Positions 55,577-64,000 of a DNA stretch of 64,000 bases are shown here, in pieces. A program made the position numbers and the translations under genes. The stretch lies in contig JASFQK010000010.1 in the NCBI GenBank assembly GCA_050115495.1, positions 64,001-128,000 of the forward strand, read 5' to 3'. The DNA comes from Phycisphaerae bacterium (GTDB taxonomy: Bacteria; Planctomycetota; Phycisphaerae; UBA1845; Fen-1342). The notes beneath the pieces were generated by a model. The model saw nothing but the letters and a program-made list of their open reading frames with translations. It was not told where the DNA came from and did not search any database. Each line of letters begins with the position of its first letter. Position 1 is the first letter of the stretch.

Positions 55577-56836
55577 TCAGGGAAGATGCAGCCAGACGGC
55601 CTTGAGGTAGGCGGACTCGGGACAGGCGGGCGTGACGGGGTGGTCGGGGCCGGCGGCGGTGAGGGCGAAACGTTGTGCCGGGCGATTGCAGCGGCGGGCG
55701 GCGCGGTAGACGGTGTCGACGAATACGTCGGTTGAGACGAGACCGCTGCAACTGCACGTGAGCAGCACGCCGCCGGGACGGACCACCTGCATGGCCAGGG
55801 CGTTGAGGTCGCCGTATTTGCGGAGAGCGGTTTCGTATTCGTCGCGCGAGGTGGCGAGCTTGGGCGGGTCGAGGATGACGGTGTCGAACGTGCGGCCGTT
55901 GGCGATCATCTGGCGGAGGTAGGTGAACGCGTCGGCGTGGACGAAGTCGATGCGCGTCTGATTGAGGCCGGCGTTCTCGCGGGCGAGCGCGAGGGCCTGC
56001 TCGTCGAGGTCGACGCCGGTGACGGAGCGGGCGCCGCCGAGGACCTTGGCGCACAGGCTGAAGCCGCCGGTGTAGCAGCAGAGATCGAGTACGTCGGCGT
56101 CGTGGCAGAGGTCGGCGAGCCGGCGACGGTTGTCGCGCTGATCGCAGAAGAACCCGGTCTTGTGGCCGCCGGCGACGTCGACTCGGTAGCGGACGCCGTG
56201 CTCGCGGATGATCAGGCGGCCGGGGGGCTCCTGGCCGGTGGAATCGACGTGAAAGCGCTCGGCAGATTCGATCGGGGCATCGGCCCGCACGTAACGCCGC
56301 CAGGTGCCGGCGGACGCACCAGGGCGGTCGAGGCTGGACGGCGGGCCGAGGACGTCGCCGAGCATATCGGCCAGCATCGACCAACGCTGGTACATGCCGG
56401 CGGCGAAGACCTCGAAGACGAGACAATCGGCGTAGCGTTCGACGATCAAGCCGCTGAGGCCATCGCCCTCGGCGTGCACGAGGCGATAGGCGTCGGTGAC
56501 GTCGGCGAGGCGGAGCCGTTGACGCAGGGTTGCTGCCGCGGCCAAACGCTCACGCCAGAAGCGGTCGTCGATCGGGACGTCGCCGTGAGCGAGGACGCGG
56601 AGAGCGAGCGGGGCGTGCGGGCTGAAGAGGCCGCGGCCGAAGAGCTGGTCGTCGCGGCCGTAGATATTGACGACGTCGCCGGACTTGGCGGCGGGATCGA
56701 TGTCGCCGATCATGCGCCGGTAGATAAGCGGGTGCCAGGTCGTGGTGCGCAGGCGGACCCAGGGCGAGAGGGCGCCGGGTGGGGGTGCGGTCGGCGCGGT
56801 TCTGTGCGATGCTCGGGGATGCGGCTTGCGGGCCAT
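55577..56836 (-). CDS. rlmI: RlmI-like class I SAM-dependent rRNA (m5C1962) methyltransferase
   Basis: PUA-like N-terminus, RLVHAEGDGLSGL, GHKTGFFCDQRDNR, CYTGGF, LDPP, TCSCS, YLK. Confidence 0.88.
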   Translation of the reverse strand: MARKPHPRASHRTAPTAPPPGALSPWVRLRTTTWHPLIYRRMIGDIDPAAKSGDVVNIYGRDDQLFGRGLFSPHAPLALRVLAHGDVPIDDRFWRERLAAAATLRQRLRLADVTDAYRLVHAEGDGLSGLIVERYADCLVFEVFAAGMYQRWSMLADMLGDVLGPPSSLDRPGASAGTWRRYVRADAPIESAERFHVDSTGQEPPGRLIIREHGVRYRVDVAGGHKTGFFCDQRDNRRRLADLCHDADVLDLCCYTGGFSLCAKVLGGARSVTGVDLDEQALALARENAGLNQTRIDFVHADAFTYLRQMIANGRTFDTVILDPPKLATSRDEYETALRKYGDLNALAMQVVRPGGVLLTCSCSGLVSTDVFVDTVYRAARRCNRPAQRFALTAAGPDHPVTPACPESAYLKAVWLHLP

Positions 56837-56898
56837 GCCGACATCATTGTCGCCCGGCGGACGGGCGGCAAGCGGCGACAGGCCGGCAGGAGGCGATC

Positions 56899-57603
56899 AT
56901 GAAGACAATCGGGTTGATCGGCGGGATGAGCTGGGAGTCGTCGATCGAGTACTACCGGATCGTGAACGAGCAGGTGGCCCGGCGGCTGGGCGGGCTGCAC
57001 TCGGCGCGATGCGTGATGTACTCGTTCGATTTCGAGGAGATCGAAGCGCTGCAACGGTCCGGGGGATGGGAGGAGGCGTCGCAGCGCATGATCGAGGCGG
57101 CCAGGGCCGTCGAGCGGGCGGGGGCCGACTTCCTGGTGATCTGCACGAATACGATGCACATGATGGCGACGGACGTCGAGGCGGCGGTCGACGTGCCGCT
57201 GCTGCACATCGCCGACGCGACGGCGGAGCGGATTCTGGCGGGGGGGCTGCACCGGGTCGGGCTGCTCGGCACGCGGTTTACGATGGAAGAGCCGTTCTAC
57301 AAGGGGCGGCTGATCGACAAGCATGGGCTGTCGGTCGTTACGCCGGATGAAGCCGGGCGGCAGTTCGTGCACGATACGATCTACAAGGAGCTATGTGCGG
57401 GGAAGCTGGACGAGGCGTCGCGGGCGCGGTTCCTGGAGATCATCAGCGACCTGGCGGCGGATGGGGCCGAGGGCGTGATTCTGGGTTGCACGGAGATCGG
57501 CCTATTGGTCAAGCCGGGGCACAGCCCGATTCCGCTGTTCGATACGGCGGTGATTCACGCCGAGGCGGCGGCGGCGTTCGCGTTGGCGGAGCATGCGGGC
57601 TGA
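56899..57603 (+). CDS. Aspartate/glutamate racemase family protein (YgeA/RacX-like)
   Basis: MKTIGLIGGMSWESS, CTNTMH, LLGTRFTME, LGCTEI. Confidence 0.95.
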   Translation: MKTIGLIGGMSWESSIEYYRIVNEQVARRLGGLHSARCVMYSFDFEEIEALQRSGGWEEASQRMIEAARAVERAGADFLVICTNTMHMMATDVEAAVDVPLLHIADATAERILAGGLHRVGLLGTRFTMEEPFYKGRLIDKHGLSVVTPDEAGRQFVHDTIYKELCAGKLDEASRARFLEIISDLAADGAEGVILGCTEIGLLVKPGHSPIPLFDTAVIHAEAAAAFALAEHAG

Positions 57604-57610
57604 GGGGGAT

Positions 57611-57717
57611 TGGCAGGCTGTTGAAAAAGGGGGACAGGCACCTCGATCGGGGCGGTTGGCGACGCGGTGCGGGCGCTGTGGCTCGGAGCCAGTCCCCCCT
57701 TTTTCAACGGATCGCTA
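57611..57717. mobile_element. MITE-like element: a family A palindrome (copy 3) nested in IS-like terminal inverted repeats
   Basis: Perfect 14-bp inverted repeat GTTGAAAAAGGGGG (57620-57633) / CCCCCTTTTTCAAC (57695-57708), extending imperfectly, around GGACAGGCACC...GGAGCCAGTCC. Confidence 0.6.
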
Positions 57718-58458
57718 GCGCCGGCGGGTCCATTCGGCGCTGCTGAAGGTCTCGCGGCGGGTGGCGACGTCGGCGAGGCGGTCGGGGGACCAGGTGGCCG
57801 GTTGCGGTTCGAGCTCGAGGCGCGTGGCGAGGACGGCGACGAAGGCGGCGGTCCAGCGGGCGAGCGTCTCCGGCGACGGGCCGCCGAGATGGCCGCCGGG
57901 ATGAGCATCGAAACGACGGGCGAGCAGGAGCGAGCCGTGCTGGAGGACGCGGCCGGGGGTGCGTCGCTGGGCGCTGCCGAGGATCTTGTCGGGGCCGAGG
58001 ATCAGGTCGGTCTGGCCGGGCTTCTGGAAGCAGAAGAACGGGCCGGTGCGCGGCGAGGGGAAGGGCAGGGTCTGCGGAGCGACTTCCACGCCGGGGACGT
58101 CCTCGCCGAGGGCGTCTCGCCAGGCGCCGTGGACGAGGTTGTAGAGGGCGGCGGGAGCCTGGCGAGCGATGTCGAGGCTGTCGTCGACCACGAGGCAGTA
58201 GGTGATCTCGCGGTCGTGGAGGATCGCGCCGCCGCCGGTTTGTCGGCGAACGACGGCGAGCTCACGTACGTCGTCGGGGAGTTGGTCGAGGTCGGCGCAG
58301 CGCTGGAAGTAGCCGAGGCTGATCGTGGGCGGGTCCCAGGCGTAGAGGCGCAGGGCGGCCGACCGCAGGTCGGCGGCGTGGAGCAGGTGCTGATCGCGGG
58401 CCATGTTGGTGGGCCCGTCGAGCGGCGGATCGTGGAAAACGTGCAGCGGCTGCGCCAA
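57715..58458 (-). CDS. Lipoate-protein ligase / octanoyltransferase (LipM/LplA-like)
   Basis: NMARD..L, LRLYAW...ISLGYFQ, VRRQTGGGAILH, KILGSAQRR, LQHGSL. TTG start inferred. Confidence 0.9.
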   Translation of the reverse strand: MAQPLHVFHDPPLDGPTNMARDQHLLHAADLRSAALRLYAWDPPTISLGYFQRCADLDQLPDDVRELAVVRRQTGGGAILHDREITYCLVVDDSLDIARQAPAALYNLVHGAWRDALGEDVPGVEVAPQTLPFPSPRTGPFFCFQKPGQTDLILGPDKILGSAQRRTPGRVLQHGSLLLARRFDAHPGGHLGGPSPETLARWTAAFVAVLATRLELEPQPATWSPDRLADVATRRETFSSAEWTRRR

Positions 58459-58466
58459 GCGGGGCC

Positions 58467-60398
58467 TCAATTGCGGGTCAGGAGGTCGACGAAGGGGCTG
58501 ATGTCGAAGTTGTTGACGGTGCCGTCGTTGTTCACGTCGCCGGCGAGATGGCTGCAATCGGGCCAGAGGGCGTAGTATTCGGGATAGTCGGGCGGCGTCG
58601 CCGTCAGCACGCGGACGAACGGGGCGATGTCGAAGTTGTCGAGCACGGCGTCGCAGTTGAGATCGCCGAGCGGGCAGCCGGCGGCGCCCACGAGCGTGCC
58701 GGGGGGCGTGTCGGCGCAGCGGTCGCAGGCGTCGGGGACACCGTCACCGTCGTCGTCCGGCTGGCACTCGTCGGGGATGCCGTTGGCGTCGCAGTCGCGG
58801 CTCGTGCCGGCGGCGATTTCGAGGTAGTCGAAGACGCCGTTGTCATTGCAGTCACGCGTGGTGTCGAAGGTGAACGTCATGGTGGGGCCCTGCAAGCTGA
58901 CGTCCTCGATGTAGAGGCCGGACGGGCTGCCGTCCCACCACTGCGTGTTGGGGTTGGTGGCCGGCGTGCAGTCCGTGAAGCCGGGTTCCGCCCAGAGATC
59001 GGTGGAGTCGCCGTAGTTCTGGCCGTGTTCGAGGTCCCAGTTGCCGTCCGCCTGCACGAGCGTGACCAGGTAGTGCCGGTCGGGGGTCTGTTGTTCGTCG
59101 TCGTTGCTGCCGAACGTATCGATGTGCCAGATCGCCAGACCGTGGTCGGGCTGCGCGGCGTAGCGGCGTCCGTTGTAGCGGTTCTCAATGAGGTAGTACT
59201 CGTTGTCGTGGCCGGGGCGCTCGTACTTGCAGAACGTGTTGACGTTCGCCGGCACCGACACGTACTCCTGCGGAGCGGTGAGGAGGGTGACGTCACCCCA
59301 GCCGGCCTGGCAGGTCAGGTAGGCGCAGGGCTCGCAGGGATTGGTGTCCGAAGCGCCGTAGGCCATCAGGCAGAAGTTGCCGACGCCGGTGGACTCGTAG
59401 CCGTAGTCGTAGAGGTCGGGCCAGCCCATGAGCATATGGCCGTTCTCGTGGCAGAACGTTCGCAGGTACAGGCGATCCTGCATGTCGGTGATCTGGTAGC
59501 TCTGCGTGCAGACGCCGTCGGCGCAGAACTCCACGGTCCAGGCGTGTGGCCACAGCCCCTCGGCCCAGGCGGAATTGCGGTAACCAGCGTAGAAGCAGTT
59601 GAGGGCGTCGATAATGCCGTCACCGTCGGCATCGAAGTCGCTGTAGTCCAGAGTGTCGTCCCAGTACGTGAGGGCTTCGACGATCAGCTCGCGAGCGCGG
59701 GTGCCATAGGAGATGGACGGGTCGGTGTAATATGACTTCGGGTGTTGAGCGCGGTAGTAGGCGACCGGCACGATGTTGGTATAGAGCAGGCGGCGGTCGG
59801 ACACGTCGAAGTAGAAGTCGCGGACGCAGCCGTTGTTGCCGAACTCGCTGTAGCGGTGCAGGTTGCAGAAGTCGTACACGGCGTCGCGCGGGAGCGTCGC
59901 TTCGTCGTCGGAGAAGTCGATGATCAGGCAGAGGCCGCGGACGATGCCGGTCGTCGGGCCGCGCGTGCTGCGCTGTAGCGGCGGGGCCAGCGGTCCGGAC
60001 CAACGGCGGCGCTCAGCGTCGGCGCGGACGGCGAGTGCCTGGGCGCGGGCGGCGGCGGGGTTGATGCGCAGATGCGGCGTGAGGCCGAGGGCGGCGGGAT
60101 CGGCGTCGCCGGCGGGAACGCCGGTGGAGAGCAGCTCGTTGCCGTCCGGCGAGAGCTCGGCGTAGCAGATCATGCCGGTCGCCGGGTCGCGGGTAAGCGT
60201 GTAGCCGTCCAGTGATTCGGCGACGACGTAGAATTCATCGCCCCAGACGCGGACCTGAATCGTCGTCCCGTCGGGCTGGCGCGCGGGGAACTCATGTCCC
60301 GCGACGGCATCCGCGTATGCCCATGGGCACAGCAGGCCCAGCAGAACGAGGATGCTCAGACACAGGGATCGCTGATGGATGTGTGGTGTCACGCTCAC
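58467..60398 (-). CDS. M6 family (immune inhibitor A-like) metalloprotease with TSP3-like Ca-binding repeats and dockerin-like C-terminus
   Basis: Propeptide QPDG...GDEF, WPH, CHENGHMLMGWPDLYD, LMAYG, EYYLIENR, GLAIWHID; DCNDNG.. and DDDGDGVPD.CD.C; two GD.N.D...NFDI.PFV repeats. Confidence 0.93.
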   Translation of the reverse strand: MSVTPHIHQRSLCLSILVLLGLLCPWAYADAVAGHEFPARQPDGTTIQVRVWGDEFYVVAESLDGYTLTRDPATGMICYAELSPDGNELLSTGVPAGDADPAALGLTPHLRINPAAARAQALAVRADAERRRWSGPLAPPLQRSTRGPTTGIVRGLCLIIDFSDDEATLPRDAVYDFCNLHRYSEFGNNGCVRDFYFDVSDRRLLYTNIVPVAYYRAQHPKSYYTDPSISYGTRARELIVEALTYWDDTLDYSDFDADGDGIIDALNCFYAGYRNSAWAEGLWPHAWTVEFCADGVCTQSYQITDMQDRLYLRTFCHENGHMLMGWPDLYDYGYESTGVGNFCLMAYGASDTNPCEPCAYLTCQAGWGDVTLLTAPQEYVSVPANVNTFCKYERPGHDNEYYLIENRYNGRRYAAQPDHGLAIWHIDTFGSNDDEQQTPDRHYLVTLVQADGNWDLEHGQNYGDSTDLWAEPGFTDCTPATNPNTQWWDGSPSGLYIEDVSLQGPTMTFTFDTTRDCNDNGVFDYLEIAAGTSRDCDANGIPDECQPDDDGDGVPDACDRCADTPPGTLVGAAGCPLGDLNCDAVLDNFDIAPFVRVLTATPPDYPEYYALWPDCSHLAGDVNNDGTVNNFDISPFVDLLTRN

Positions 60399-60675
60399 GT
60401 CTGCTCCCTTGGGCCCTCCGGCTCCGTTTACCCCACTGATTGTGATGTCTCTGTTGTACGCTGGCTGGCACGCGGACAGCGCGATGTCCCCACCGGCCGC
60501 TCCCCGCACATTGGTCCGAAGCGGTTTCATGCCCATCCAGTGCACCCACACGCCAGCCGACGCCGAGGCTCGCCGAAGCTTCCCGAGACCGGCGGCCCCG
60601 CACCTCCTCGCGCCAGCTAATGCATTCTATTGAGAACGGCAAGGCAGCGTCAATGAATAGGTGCGCCGGCGGGTG

Positions 60676-63177
60676 TCAGTGTCGCGTCAGCAGGTCAATG
60701 AAGGGGCGGATGTCGAAGTTGTTGACGGTGCCGTCGTCGTTGATATCGGCGGTGCGGCGGTCGCAGTCGGGGTAGGCGTCGGCGTAGGCGGCCGGGCTGC
60801 ACAGGGCGCGGACGAAGGGGTTGATGTCCAGCGTGTTTACGCGGCCGTCGCAGTTCAGATCGCCGATCATGAGGCCGGGCACGCAGCCCCAGCGGGCGAT
60901 GCACGTCGAGACGCGGCCGCCGGCGCCGAGGAACTGCCCGCCGGCGTACAGGGCCGGGCCGGCGCCGTCGTCGAACTCGGCGAGCGCCAGGACACCGCCA
61001 AACAGATCCGTTCCGCTGCCCAGTGCCGACCAGCGCTGGCCGTTCCAGCGGGCGATGCAGTTTGCCGGTTCGCCGCCGGCCGTGGCGAAACGGCCGCCGG
61101 CGTACAGCGCAGGCCCGCTGCCGTCGTCTATGACGGCCAGCGTCTCGACATGACCGTCGAGCCCACCGCCGACGGGCGACCACGTTTCGCCGTCCCAGCG
61201 GGCAATGCCCGGGATGTCCATTCCGCCGGCGGTTTCGAACGCACCACCGGCATAGAGCGCCGGCCCGGTGCCGTCGTCGAAGACGGCCAGAGCCAGCACG
61301 CACGGGCAGGAGCCGCCGCCGATGCCGCCGCCGGCCAGGGCAGACCAGGTCTGCCCATCCCACCGGGCGACGTTTTCCACCGGGATGCCGCCGGCCAGGG
61401 TGACCTGTCCCGCCGCATACAACGCCGGTCCGCCGCCATCGTCGAACACCGCGAGGGCGTACACGCCGGCGATGCCGAATTCCTCTGCCATCAGTCCGCT
61501 GCCGAGGGGTGACCAGGCTTGCCCGTCCCAGCGGGCGATGCTGCCGGCGCTCAGGCTGCCGGCGTCTTCGAAGATCCCACCCACGTACAACCCCGGTGCG
61601 TCCTCGCCCGGCGGATCGTACACGGCGAACGCCCGCACGGTGGCCTGGTATATTGGATAGGCGCTCACTCCCCCGCCCACCGGCTGGAAGGTCGTCCCGT
61701 CCCAGCGGGCGATGCCGGCCGCGTCGACGCCGTCGGCGACGCGGAACTGCCCGCCGACGTACAGCGTGGGGCCCGCCCCATCATCGAACACGCCCAAGGC
61801 TTCCACGACGTCGTCCGTCCCCTCGCCGAGCGGCGACCACGCCTGGCCGTCCCAGTGGGCGACATGGCTGGCCCGGGCGGCGCCGGCGGTCGTGAAGTCC
61901 CCGCCGGCGTAGAGGGCCGGCGGCTCGGCGCCGGGGGGATCGAGCACCGTCAGCGCCCGGACCCATTGATTCATTCCGCTGCCCGTGCTCAATGCGGACC
62001 AGGTTGTGCCGTCCCAGCGGGCGATGCGGCTGGCGGCCACGCCGCCGGCGACGCCGAACGCCCCGCCCGCATAGAGCGCCGGCCCGCGGCCGTCGTCGTA
62101 GACGGTCAGGGCCAGCACGGCGCCGAAGTTGTACCAGAGCATGTCCTCCATCCCACTACCCAGTGGCGACCAGCTTGTGCCGTCCCAGCGGCCGATGTTG
62201 TGGACGCTGACGCCGCCGGCGGTGTCGAAGACGCCGCCGGCATACAATGCCGGGCCGCTGCCATCGTCAAACACGGTCATGGAGTAGACCGTGGGGTACG
62301 GCCAACCGGCAGTGCCGCTGTCGAGTGCGGACCAGGTTGTGCCGTCCCAACGGGCGATGTTGTTGGCGCTGACGCTGCCAGCGGTGTCGAACCACCCGCC
62401 GACGTAGAGCGCCGGGCCGTGGCCGTCGTCGTAGACGGTCAGCGCGTAGGCGACGGCGTAGTTGGGACCGAGGCTCCCGTCCAGCGCCGACCAGCTCGTG
62501 CCGTCCCACCGGGCGATGGCGGGGGCCGTAACCCCTCCCGCCCCGGCGAAATCCCCCGCGGCGTACAGCGCCGGTCCGCTGCCGTCGTCGTAGACCGCGA
62601 GGGCAGACACCTGGGAGAAGACGTCGCCGATGCCCGTACCCAGCGCCGACCAGGTCAAGCCGTCCCACTTGGCGATGTTGTTGACGACCAGGTCCCCGGC
62701 CGTTTGCCGGAAGTGCCCGGCCGCGTAGAGCGCCGGGCCGCTGCCGTCGTCGAACACGGCCAAGGCGTAGACGGTACCGCTCACGCCGCCGCCGACGGCC
62801 GACCACGCGGAGCCGTTCCACTTGGCGAGGTTGCCGGAGATCCCTCCGCCGGCGTAGAGCGCCGGGCCGCTGCCGTTGTCATAGACGGTCATTGCGTGGA
62901 TGGAACCCCACGCTCTACCGCCCAGCGCCGACCAAGTCTGGCCGTTCCATCGGGCCGTGTATTCAGCGATGGCGTCGCCGGCCGTCCTGAAGTCGCCGCC
63001 GACGTAGAGCGCCGGGCCATGGCCGGCGTCAAAAACTGTGAATGAACGCACGACATCATCCGTGCCCGGCGCGTAGAACCCGTCGGCCCAGTCCAGGACG
63101 CATTGGGCGCCGACGGCACCACCAGCTAGTGATACGGCCACCAGCGCTGCGAACTGCAGCAACGTACTCCGAATCAT
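60676..63177 (-). CDS. Secreted beta-propeller repeat protein (14 repeats) with dockerin-like C-terminus
   Basis: Signal peptide; 14 copies of V.AL.VFDDGSGPALYAGG.F..AGG..A..IARWDG..WS.LG.G; C-terminal GDLNCDG.VN..DI.PF x2. Confidence 0.92.
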   Translation of the reverse strand: MIRSTLLQFAALVAVSLAGGAVGAQCVLDWADGFYAPGTDDVVRSFTVFDAGHGPALYVGGDFRTAGDAIAEYTARWNGQTWSALGGRAWGSIHAMTVYDNGSGPALYAGGGISGNLAKWNGSAWSAVGGGVSGTVYALAVFDDGSGPALYAAGHFRQTAGDLVVNNIAKWDGLTWSALGTGIGDVFSQVSALAVYDDGSGPALYAAGDFAGAGGVTAPAIARWDGTSWSALDGSLGPNYAVAYALTVYDDGHGPALYVGGWFDTAGSVSANNIARWDGTTWSALDSGTAGWPYPTVYSMTVFDDGSGPALYAGGVFDTAGGVSVHNIGRWDGTSWSPLGSGMEDMLWYNFGAVLALTVYDDGRGPALYAGGAFGVAGGVAASRIARWDGTTWSALSTGSGMNQWVRALTVLDPPGAEPPALYAGGDFTTAGAARASHVAHWDGQAWSPLGEGTDDVVEALGVFDDGAGPTLYVGGQFRVADGVDAAGIARWDGTTFQPVGGGVSAYPIYQATVRAFAVYDPPGEDAPGLYVGGIFEDAGSLSAGSIARWDGQAWSPLGSGLMAEEFGIAGVYALAVFDDGGGPALYAAGQVTLAGGIPVENVARWDGQTWSALAGGGIGGGSCPCVLALAVFDDGTGPALYAGGAFETAGGMDIPGIARWDGETWSPVGGGLDGHVETLAVIDDGSGPALYAGGRFATAGGEPANCIARWNGQRWSALGSGTDLFGGVLALAEFDDGAGPALYAGGQFLGAGGRVSTCIARWGCVPGLMIGDLNCDGRVNTLDINPFVRALCSPAAYADAYPDCDRRTADINDDGTVNNFDIRPFIDLLTRH

Positions 63178-63561
63178 GGCGCAAACCTCCCAGGGGCTCG
63201 AGCGCGTTTGCGAACATGTGATGGACACACCACCATTATACACAGTCGTGCGCTGTGCGCGCGGACTGACGGCCGTCGACCCGAACCCTCAGGAGATGCC
63301 GGGTTGTTGGCTGGGGATAGGCCAAGGCGAGGCACTGCAAATGCCGTGCCTCGCGGCACGCGTATCGGCTGCACAAACTGAATTAGAGTATTTGCCTGAT
63401 GGCGGGAGGCTTGACGTGGGCCGTACACTCCACATACTCTTATCGGTCGTTACGTGTGGAGTAGCGGCCAAGGGTCTCGAGCAAGTGCCGCCCGGGGGAT
63501 AGCCGGGGTGGTCCGTTGTGGACGCCTGCCTCCGACGGCCGTTTCGCAGCGGGAGAGAATC

Positions 63562-64000
63562 ATGGAAACACTGAGGCGAGTTGGGATTTCGTCGGTCATC
63601 CTCTGTGTGCTCGGCGTGTACGCTGGCGCGAACGCGTACGCCGAGGAACGGCGCGTGCCCAGCCAGTACTTGACGATTCAGGCGGCAATCGACGCCAGCG
63701 CGGACGGCGATGTCGTGATCGTTGAGGACGACCCCGATCCTTACTCAGGCCCAGAGAACACGGCGCTCGATTTCGGTGGGCGCCGCATCACCGTCCGATC
63801 GGAGGGCGACAATCCTGAGCACTGCAAGATTGACTGTGAGAACGGCTGTCGCGCCTTTCATTTCCATAGCGGCGAGAGCGCCGATTCGATCGTTCGGGGG
63901 TTCAAGATTCTGAGAGGCTGGGTGGGCGACTCAGGTGGCGGGATTCTGTGTGAGGGGAGCAGCCCGACGATTCTGAATTGCGTGTTTGACCAGAATACGT
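63562..64000 (+). CDS. Secreted right-handed beta-helix (pectin lyase-like/Pmp-repeat) protein, truncated by the window end
   Basis: My translation (absent from the ORF track): METLRRVGISSVILCVLGVYAGANAYA|EERRVPSQYLTIQAAIDASADGDVVIV...GGGILCEGSSPTILNCVFDQN. GGAGAG RBS. Confidence 0.88.
   Translation, partial: METLRRVGISSVILCVLGVYAGANAYAEERRVPSQYLTIQAAIDASADGDVVIVEDDPDPYSGPENTALDFGGRRITVRSEGDNPEHCKIDCENGCRAFHFHSGESADSIVRGFKILRGWVGDSGGGILCEGSSPTILNCVFDQNT

Noticed and set aside
60676..63177. Regularly spaced DNA repeats suggesting a CRISPR array
   Set aside because: The repeats are degenerate, in frame and encode protein repeats; there are no identical repeats with unique spacers and no cas genes.

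Overview
A high-GC, gene-dense bacterial chromosomal window, most consistent with Planctomycetota (class Phycisphaerae). This assignment is inferred from a DUF1559/H-X9-DG prepilin, a DUF1570-like zincin, a CxxCGYxLxGL..CPECG zinc-ribbon protein and dockerin-like C-termini. It holds about 60 CDS. Housekeeping genes include ppa, hutH, mdh, apt, mutL, dut, atpC, rlmI, RNase HI and a peroxiredoxin. Envelope genes include five GT-C membrane glycosyltransferases, an acyltransferase, a nucleotide-sugar dehydrogenase and a five-gene surface lipoprotein/FG-GAP/PKD operon. Several families of intergenic REP-like palindromes are also present. I saw no rRNA, tRNA, CRISPR array, integrase or transposase. 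The best novelty candidate is an islet at about 39.25-41.62 kb. It has two small leftward regulator-like genes, each back-to-back with a near-consensus sigma70 promoter that fires into a structured non-coding tract. The larger tract is about 390 nt, end-closed and possibly pseudoknotted, and is followed by an Arg-rich protein and a HEPN/Abi-like protein. Other highlights are an apparently circularly permuted alkaline phosphatase, a bacterial ALG10/DIE2-like (GT59) glycosyltransferase, an RNase HI fused to a Cys-rich TIGR04076-like domain, and a HutH with a Val-Ser-Gly MIO triad. All family calls come from recognising motifs by eye; no database search was run, and start codons are best estimates.
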